From Candidatus Pacearchaeota archaeon (GTDB taxonomy: Archaea; Nanobdellota; Nanobdellia; Pacearchaeales; GW2011-AR1), in the NCBI GenBank assembly GCA_042218235.1, contig JBDGRI010000023.1, positions 1 through 54,058 on the forward strand: a DNA stretch of 54,058 nucleotides, given 5' to 3'. The notes beneath the pieces are model-generated. The model was given only the letters and a program-made list of their open reading frames with translations. It did not search any database and was not told where the DNA came from. Shown in pieces: positions 8,745 through 15,165 of this stretch (within the stretch, counting starts at the first letter, position 1; every line of letters starts with the position of its first letter). The translations under genes and the position numbers were made by a program.

Positions 8745-8835
8745 CAACTCCCCTGGCCTACTTCGTGGGAGGTTGCTACAATGTGACGCACCTTCTGAAT
8801 TAGGATTTCTCATAGAGCAACTCCCCTGGGCCTAC
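8742..8835 (+). repeat. two extra copies of the SRP RNA 3' end
   Basis: GAGCAACTCCCCTGGCCT occurs at 8511..8530 (in the gene) and 8742..8761, with a one-base-insertion variant (CTGGGCCT) at 8815..8835. The first and third copies also share the following CTTTGATTTT. Confidence 0.7.
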
Positions 8836-8881
8836 TTTGATTTTTGGTTAGAATTTTAAAGCATGTTTAGTTTTTCTTAAC

Positions 8882-9196
8882 ATGTTCAGGGTTTTTACGA
8901 CAGAACAATTTGACAAGGATTACGAAAAACTTGACGAATCCGAAAAGAAAAAAGTTCGTAAGATAAGAGATCAATTGAAAGAAAAAGGTGATAGCGTTGG
9001 AAAGCCCCTTAGAAGAAGCTATTTCAGGGAGAAGAAATTTGAAGGAAAGAGATTGTATTTTTTGGTTTATAAGGAGTTCATGATTGTTTTAGGCGTTGGT
9101 ATTAGCGGTAAGAAAATACAGCAACATACAATTGACAAAATAATTTCTGACATAAAGTCTTATGAAAAATACATTAGAAAAAGGCTTGAAAGTTAG
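8882..9196 (+). CDS. RelE/ParE-superfamily toxin-like protein
   Basis: 104 aa with toxin-like layout: an N-terminal F..QF.KDY.KL segment, then GKPL and a basic beta-rich core (KRLYFLVYKE..IVL). Confidence 0.45.
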   Translation: MFRVFTTEQFDKDYEKLDESEKKKVRKIRDQLKEKGDSVGKPLRRSYFREKKFEGKRLYFLVYKEFMIVLGVGISGKKIQQHTIDKIISDIKSYEKYIRKRLES

Positions 9197-9402
9197 TCTT
9201 TCCACTCTTTTATTCTTCCGTGTTTAATGTCTTCCAAACTTTTCTTTATTTTATCGTATACTTCGTCGTCGACTTTTTTTACGACTATTGCACCATCAAC
9301 TTCCTCAACCGCAATTGTTGAATTTTCGTCTATGCCTAAATCTTTTCTCATCTTTCCCGGAATTACGAGCTGACCTTTTGAACTTAATCTTGTTAACTCC
9401 AT
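9193..9402 (-). CDS. AbrB/MazE/SpoVT-family antitoxin-like DNA-binding protein
   Basis: 69 aa with the LSSKGQLVIPGKMRKDLGI swapped-hairpin motif. It is convergent with the RelE-like gene, and their 3' ends overlap by 4 nt. Confidence 0.6.
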   Translation of the reverse strand: MELTRLSSKGQLVIPGKMRKDLGIDENSTIAVEEVDGAIVVKKVDDEVYDKIKKSLEDIKHGRIKEWKD

Positions 9403-9476
9403 TGTAAGAATGTAAGTATTTCTTACTTTTTAAGTTTTTTTCTACACTTTTGTCGTTATTCTAAAATTACATATTA

Positions 9477-9493
9477 CCAAAAGATTTTTATAA
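9477..9493 (+). promoter_or_regulatory. BRE/TATA-like promoter box (CCAAAAGATTTTTATAA)
   Basis: 22-30 nt upstream of the ATG at 9515. Confidence 0.5.
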
Positions 9494-9514
9494 TGGCGGT
9501 TTGTTTTTGTGGGT

Positions 9515-9976
9515 ATGGGAATTAAAGAATTTATGAATAACGACCTAGTAAAGAACACATTGATACCTGTTATAATTGGAGGTTTTATTGGGTCTGGTGC
9601 TTTTCATTATGCGAATTTACCCGAAACCTATCCAATTCACAACTCAAATATCGAATTTAAGTCGGATAGGTTTTTAGGCAGTGGAAATAGCCCTTCAGAC
9701 CACGGAGAAATCTACAACGAAACAACAGGGACTGCTTATAATATAGCAGGAGATTTTAGGTTGTCTGAGGATAATATAAAAGAGCATTATGATTTAGAAA
9801 GTGTTACTTTTGATGGTAAAACTTATTCTATGGCGGATACATCTGTTTATGGTAGTCCTGTGGTGAAAAAGGCTCTTCAGAAATATGAAGAGAGAGTTAA
9901 TGATTTTATTGACATTGCTCAGGAAAAGAAGTTCGGTAAGAAGAACATAGAGAGCAAGTTGGATAAGCCGGAATAG
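9515..9976 (+). CDS. hypothetical membrane-anchored protein
   Basis: The track ORF starts at GTG 9509, but ATG 9515 fits the promoter spacing. It has one N-terminal TM segment. Confidence 0.5.
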   Translation: MGIKEFMNNDLVKNTLIPVIIGGFIGSGAFHYANLPETYPIHNSNIEFKSDRFLGSGNSPSDHGEIYNETTGTAYNIAGDFRLSEDNIKEHYDLESVTFDGKTYSMADTSVYGSPVVKKALQKYEERVNDFIDIAQEKKFGKKNIESKLDKPE

Positions 9977-10017
9977 TTCTCACAAAAATTTATTAAGTTT
10001 CTTCGGTAGATTCTAGT

Positions 10018-11706
10018 ATGAAAGAAAACGTCGTTAGTGTTTTGAAGAATGCTCTTAGTGAAGTTGGAGTTAGCTTTGATGAGAAGCAGATTGATGACTT
10101 GATTGAAATTCCCCCCCAAGTTTCCATGGGGGATTTTGCTTTTCCGTGTTTCTCTTTAGCTAAAGAATTGAAAAAAAGCCCGCAGCAAATTGCTTTGGAT
10201 GTTCGAAGCTATATAACCAAAACTCCCAAAGGATTCTCAGAAGTTATGACTTCCGGACCTTATATTAATTTTTATTTGGACAAGAAAAAGTTAGCAGTTA
10301 ATTTGATTAACGAGGTTTCTGAAAAAGGAGGTGCTTTTGGAAAAGTAAGCAAAAAACAAAAAACCATGATTGAATTTCCTTCCCCTAACACGAATAAGCC
10401 GCTGCATTTAGGGCACTTGAGGAATATGTCCATAGGACAAAGTGTTTCGAGAATTTTGAAGTTTTCAGGAAACGAGGTTGTTAGAGCAAATTTGACTAAT
10501 GATAGAGGGATTCATATTTGCCAATCCATGTTGGGCTATCAAAAGTGGGGCGACGGCCAGAGGCCCGAGGATGCTGGAAAGAAACCAGACCATTTTGTCG
10601 GGGATTATTATGTTAAGTTTACTCAAAATTCTGACGAGGAATTGGAAAAAGAAGCTCAAGAGATGTTGAAAAAATGGGAGTCAGGAGATAAAGAAACTTA
10701 TGAGTTGTGGGAAATTATGAGGAGATGGGCCTTGAAAGGTCATAGAGAAACTTATAACAAGTTTGGAATTAAGGTAGATAAAGATTATTTTGAAAGCGAT
10801 ATTTATTCTAAAGGTAAAGAGCTTGTTGAAGAAGGTTTGGAAAAAGGAGTTTTTTATAAAACCGAAAACGGTTCTGTCGCGGTTGATTTAAGTGAAGAGG
10901 GTTTGGGAGAGAAAATTTTGCTGCGTTCCGACGGGACTTCTGTTTATATGACTCAGGATTTGTATTTGGCTAATTTGAAGTTTGAAGAGTATGATTTAGA
11001 CAAGTCTATTTATGTTGTTGATTATAGGCAAAATTATCATTTCGAGGCATTGGAGGCTATTTTAAGAAAACTGGACAAGGGTTCGGGAGGAAATATTTAT
11101 CATTTGTCTTATGGTGTTTTGGGCCTTCCCGAGGGAAAAATGAGTTCACGTAAAGGGAATGTTGTCGGAGCTGATGATTTGATTGACGAAGTACAAGATC
11201 TTGTAAGAGATAGCCTGAAAGAACGTGGAGAATCTGAAAATTTGGAAGAAAAGAGTTTGAAGATTGCTTTGGCCTCGATAAAGTATATGTTGTTGAAAGT
11301 TGATTCTAAGAAAGATACTGTTTTTGATCCTAAAGAGTCCATTAATTTTGAAGGTGATACAGGTCCTTACATGCAATATACCTATGCAAGAGCTTCAAGC
11401 ATTTTAGAGAAAGGCGGAATTCCTGAGAACTGGCAAGTCTTTGATTTAGAAGAAAAAGAAATAGAGTTGTTGAAAAAATTGTACAATTTTAGTGAAGTTG
11501 TTCAAAAGTCTTACAAAAAGTTGGATCCTTCTTTAGTTGCACATTATTCTTACGAGCTTTCTCAAATATTTAATGAGTTTTACCATGAGTGCAAGGTTGT
11601 AGGTTCCGAAAAAGAAGGTTTTAGATTGAAACTGGTTGAGGCATTTAGGCAAGTTTTGAAGAATTCTCTATGGTTGTTGGGGATCGAAGTTATGGAAAAG
11701 ATGTAA
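10018..11706 (+). CDS. argS: arginyl-tRNA synthetase
   Basis: 562 aa with a class I HIGH region (PSPNTNKPLHLGHLRN), an MSSRKG (KMSKS-like) motif and an ArgRS-type C-terminal anticodon-binding domain. Confidence 0.85.
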   Translation: MKENVVSVLKNALSEVGVSFDEKQIDDLIEIPPQVSMGDFAFPCFSLAKELKKSPQQIALDVRSYITKTPKGFSEVMTSGPYINFYLDKKKLAVNLINEVSEKGGAFGKVSKKQKTMIEFPSPNTNKPLHLGHLRNMSIGQSVSRILKFSGNEVVRANLTNDRGIHICQSMLGYQKWGDGQRPEDAGKKPDHFVGDYYVKFTQNSDEELEKEAQEMLKKWESGDKETYELWEIMRRWALKGHRETYNKFGIKVDKDYFESDIYSKGKELVEEGLEKGVFYKTENGSVAVDLSEEGLGEKILLRSDGTSVYMTQDLYLANLKFEEYDLDKSIYVVDYRQNYHFEALEAILRKLDKGSGGNIYHLSYGVLGLPEGKMSSRKGNVVGADDLIDEVQDLVRDSLKERGESENLEEKSLKIALASIKYMLLKVDSKKDTVFDPKESINFEGDTGPYMQYTYARASSILEKGGIPENWQVFDLEEKEIELLKKLYNFSEVVQKSYKKLDPSLVAHYSYELSQIFNEFYHECKVVGSEKEGFRLKLVEAFRQVLKNSLWLLGIEVMEKM

Positions 11707-11715
11707 AAATGTTTA

Positions 11716-11733
11716 ATCAAAAGATATTTAAAG
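11716..11733 (+). promoter_or_regulatory. BRE/TATA-like promoter box (ATCAAAAGATATTTAAAG)
   Basis: Nearly identical to the box at 21..36. The downstream gene at 11793 has a strong SD (AGGAGGTGA, 11771..11779). Confidence 0.45.
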
Positions 11734-11792
11734 TAGTTTTTTCTTATGTGGACGAAAAGTTAGTTGGTGAAAGGAGGTGATACTAGTTAAGA

Positions 11793-12119
11793 ATGGCTAA
11801 AAGTAAAAGCAAAAGTTCTTCAAAGAAGAGCTCTTCTAAGAAAGAGACTTCAAAGAAGAAGCAATCTACAGCTGCTAAGAAACATCCAACAAGACAAGGG
11901 TTTGAAGCAGCAAAACAGATTTCTCCTATCGGAGTGATTGTTAGCTTCTTGGCTTGGTTGACAGGTGTAATCGTTTCTCTGGCTATCGGTTTTGGTATGA
12001 TAGACAGAGTTTTAACAATAACTTGGGTTCCAGCAGGAATAACAGTATTCTTCGGTTGGGTAGTTGTTATAACAACAATTCTAGGAGTTATCTTTGCAAT
12101 CGCAAAACAATTTGAATAA
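11793..12119 (+). CDS. small membrane protein with a Lys/Ser-rich N-terminal tail
   Basis: 108 aa with a basic K/S tail, two predicted TM helices and a strong SD. Confidence 0.55.
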   Translation: MAKSKSKSSSKKSSSKKETSKKKQSTAAKKHPTRQGFEAAKQISPIGVIVSFLAWLTGVIVSLAIGFGMIDRVLTITWVPAGITVFFGWVVVITTILGVIFAIAKQFE

Positions 12120-12151
12120 TTTTTTATTTGATCTATTTCTATTTTTTAATT

Positions 12152-12670
12152 TTATAGAAAAGACGTCTGAGCGGAATATTTGTTATCGGCTTTTCTATGG
12201 ATGGAGGTCACTTTATGTCCAATGTGGCTAGATCTCATTCTTGTTCCGTTTTTTTGGTATGTTCTTGTGTCATAAGGCTGGAATCCTATTCTTGGGTCTT
12301 TGGCTACAGGGATATAAAAATCAAGTTCCTTGTTTTTAACAAAAGACAACAGTGTAGGCCCTTGGTTTAAATGTATTTCCATGTTGTTCCTCAAAATTTT
12401 GCCTTCAGAATCGTTTATGTATGTTCTCCCTGGTTTGCTGTGAATGTATTCGAGAAATATTTGATTCATTTCCTCTTCATTATTTCCAAGTGTTTTGGTT
12501 ATGTCGGTGTTTATATTCTCCTGAAACCATTCGTAATTAGGAATAAAAACTATCGCGTCTGATGGATCCTTGGTTTCGTTTTCTATTTTCTTGAACCTTT
12601 GTGTTTTCCAGTTTGGAAGATATTTGTAAACCGATCCTTTTCCCGTTTCAAAGTGGTCTATATTGTCCAT
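12152..12670 (-). CDS. hypothetical protein
   Basis: 172-aa ORF with no motif recognised. Confidence 0.45.
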   Translation of the reverse strand: MDNIDHFETGKGSVYKYLPNWKTQRFKKIENETKDPSDAIVFIPNYEWFQENINTDITKTLGNNEEEMNQIFLEYIHSKPGRTYINDSEGKILRNNMEIHLNQGPTLLSFVKNKELDFYIPVAKDPRIGFQPYDTRTYQKNGTRMRSSHIGHKVTSIHRKADNKYSAQTSFL

Positions 12671-12701
12671 ACCAAGAGGCTTCTATTAGGATTTTTAATT
12701 T

Positions 12702-13529
12702 TTATTCTTTTAGATTTTTAACGGCCTCATTGAAAATTTTTTCTAGATCTCTTCTTAAAATGTTTTTCCAGTTGACATTCTTTTTGTCTTTTAGGTATTC
12801 TGAGACTAAGTGATAACCTAGGGTATAACCTGTCCAAAAAGGGAATTCTTTATCCTGGTTGAAGAAGATTTTTATGTGGTATTTGAATCCTTTTTTCTCT
12901 AAGTAGGGACTTACTTTTCTGAGGTATTCTTTTGTTTTGCTTTTTGGAAAAACTTTTGTCCAGGGGTTTCGTTTCTTTCGGAAAACGTGTTCTTTGAATT
13001 TTTCGGCTAACCCCTCCGCTATAATGTTTCCTTTTACCTTGAGCGGATTTTTAGAAAACATCGAGTAATTTTTTGATAATGCATGAGCTAATTCATGAGC
13101 TACTATGTCTTTTAATGCCTTTTTCCAGTTTTTGGCTATTGTTGGCTGGATGATTATGTGTTTTCGGTGTGGTGTTAGGCCCATAACCCCTTCCATGTAG
13201 TCTTTTACGAACTTGTTTTTTTCGGGAATTATATAGACATAGATTTTTTCTTTTCCTATCACATTTGAGAGGTCTTTTAATGCTTCTGAAACGATTTTTT
13301 CCGCTTCATCGGGTTCAGGCTTTTCGAGAATTGTTTTTCTTTTTCCTTTAGAGAACCAATGATTCATAAAGGTCTTTAGATATTCCCTTTTCTTGAATCC
13401 AAAATATCCTTCTTCCGTTTTTGGAATTTCTCCTATAATGTATTCTTTAACTTTGTCTATGTCTTTTGAAGGACAATCTAGGAAGTTGTAGATTTCCGCT
13501 TTAGGGTTTTTTAGAGTTTTTTGTCTCAT
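12702..13529 (-). CDS. HExxH zinc-metalloprotease-like protein (DUF2268-like), paralog of 28025..28849
   Basis: 275 aa with the HELAH motif. Its C-terminal WTGYTLGYHLVSEYLK matches WTGYSIGYHLIKEYLK in the paralog. Confidence 0.55.
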   Translation of the reverse strand: MRQKTLKNPKAEIYNFLDCPSKDIDKVKEYIIGEIPKTEEGYFGFKKREYLKTFMNHWFSKGKRKTILEKPEPDEAEKIVSEALKDLSNVIGKEKIYVYIIPEKNKFVKDYMEGVMGLTPHRKHIIIQPTIAKNWKKALKDIVAHELAHALSKNYSMFSKNPLKVKGNIIAEGLAEKFKEHVFRKKRNPWTKVFPKSKTKEYLRKVSPYLEKKGFKYHIKIFFNQDKEFPFWTGYTLGYHLVSEYLKDKKNVNWKNILRRDLEKIFNEAVKNLKE

Positions 13530-13530
13530 C

Positions 13531-13728
13531 CTATTTCCTAATCTTCTTAATGAAAGCTAAGAAAAGGAAAAGTGCAGAGAATCCTATGAACCATGCCCAG
13601 TGAACATTAACTACCTCTTGGCCAATTTGGGGCCAAATTGTAATCATAAAAAGGACAAAAGACATTGAGGCAAGATTGGTAAAAATGGAATTCGTTACAG
13701 TTTCGGCAGTCGGATCATTTTTTGCCAT
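13531..13728 (-). CDS. small membrane protein
   Basis: 65 aa with two hydrophobic helices, 1 nt downstream of the preceding gene. Confidence 0.45.
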   Translation of the reverse strand: MAKNDPTAETVTNSIFTNLASMSFVLFMITIWPQIGQEVVNVHWAWFIGFSALFLFLAFIKKIRK

Positions 13729-13790
13729 CAGACAATTATGTTTTTTGTGTTTTAAATAGCTTTTTATAGTTCACTTTATTTAATTTATCA

Positions 13791-14204
13791 ATGCCTGAAA
13801 ATAAAAAGCAGAAGCATAAGTTAATTGCTAACGGATATATTGTAAATGCTGATAAGTTTTTGGTTGTTAGAAGGTCTGAGGAGTCTGGCGGAGCGGGAAC
13901 TTGGGAGTTTCCAGGAGGACATATAGAGTTTGGAGAACATCCTGATAATGCTGTCGTGAGAGAGGTAAAGGAAGAGACAGGTTTGGATTTAAAGCCTAAG
14001 TATGTTTACAGGATTTTTAGTAAGGAATACGAGAAAGAAGACAAAAAAGTACATAAGATAAGAATTGTTTATTATTTTGAAACTTCTGAAGATAAAGTCA
14101 AACTAGATCCGCGAGAGCACGATGATTATAGGTGGCTTTCAAAAGATGAATTGGAAGGCTTTTTGATTGGTAAGCATGTTAAGCGGTGTGTTTTTGGGAG
14201 GTAG
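13791..14204 (+). CDS. NUDIX hydrolase
   Basis: Nudix box GGHIEFGEHPDNAVVREVKEETGL. Confidence 0.8.
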   Translation: MPENKKQKHKLIANGYIVNADKFLVVRRSEESGGAGTWEFPGGHIEFGEHPDNAVVREVKEETGLDLKPKYVYRIFSKEYEKEDKKVHKIRIVYYFETSEDKVKLDPREHDDYRWLSKDELEGFLIGKHVKRCVFGR

Positions 14205-14265
14205 TTATTAATCCAAAGGATAAATTTATCCGCTCAAGAGAAAACTAGGAATTAAAAACTAAAAA

Positions 14266-15087
14266 TTACTTAACTTTCTTCAAGTTTTTCCACATCATGT
14301 CGAACATTGTTTCTAGAGCATTTGCGAAGAACTCTGTGTTTATCCACACTCCAATGTCGTAGTTAGGGTGGAATTTCTTGTCGTCAAGTAGCATGAACAT
14401 CAATTCTGTGGAGTCAATTACCACAAATCTTGCTTGAATGTCTTTAAGGTCCCTAACATCAGCAACTTTTGTTAATTGTTTTGCTACATCTTTGTTGTTT
14501 TTGTTTATAGGGGCAGCAATTCTGATTTTTACGCCTCTCTTTTTACATTTTTCGAGGCTTGGGTAAAGAGCTTCCATCTTTCTGTTGATGCCTTCTTCTG
14601 TTGTTACAATTGTGATGGACTTTTCGGCAGACCTAACCATCATATCCAGGTGGTTGTGTAGATTTTGTCTGCCTCGAAGACTTCCAGATAAATCTGAAGG
14701 TTCAACAAACTTAGATCCTTTCTTGTAGATGTTGTTTAGTTCGCCTAGAATTTCATCGTTTTTTAGGTTTTCAAGTCTCTTGGTTTTTTCTTCAGTGTGT
14801 TTTTGCAAGTTCTTTTTAACTCTTTCAACAACTTCGTCCGGCTTGATTGCAATGAATTTGATTGGTTTTCCTAGCTTCATTATTATGAAACCTTTCTTTT
14901 CCAAACTTTCTAAAATATCATAAGTCCTTGATCTTGGAACATTGGAGATATTGCTTAATTCTCCAGCAGTAGAACTTCCTCTTGACAATAAAGCTGTCCA
15001 AACCTTTACCTCATAAAGATTTAGGTCGAAAATCTTCCGAAGTCTACTCAAAAATTCTTCGTTGTCAGATGTTTTGTTTTCAGCCAT
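14266..15087 (-). CDS. TrmB-family transcriptional regulator
   Basis: 273 aa with an N-terminal wHTH (LYEVKVWTALLSRGSSTAGELSNISNVPRSRTYDILESLEKKGFI) and a TrmB C-terminal domain. Confidence 0.75.
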   Translation of the reverse strand: MAENKTSDNEEFLSRLRKIFDLNLYEVKVWTALLSRGSSTAGELSNISNVPRSRTYDILESLEKKGFIIMKLGKPIKFIAIKPDEVVERVKKNLQKHTEEKTKRLENLKNDEILGELNNIYKKGSKFVEPSDLSGSLRGRQNLHNHLDMMVRSAEKSITIVTTEEGINRKMEALYPSLEKCKKRGVKIRIAAPINKNNKDVAKQLTKVADVRDLKDIQARFVVIDSTELMFMLLDDKKFHPNYDIGVWINTEFFANALETMFDMMWKNLKKVK

Positions 15088-15165
15088 TATGTTATCTTTA
15101 GGATTTTTCCTTTTATAAAGTTTATTATATTTAAGGGATAACGTAAAGGTTTAACGCCTCGGTAG

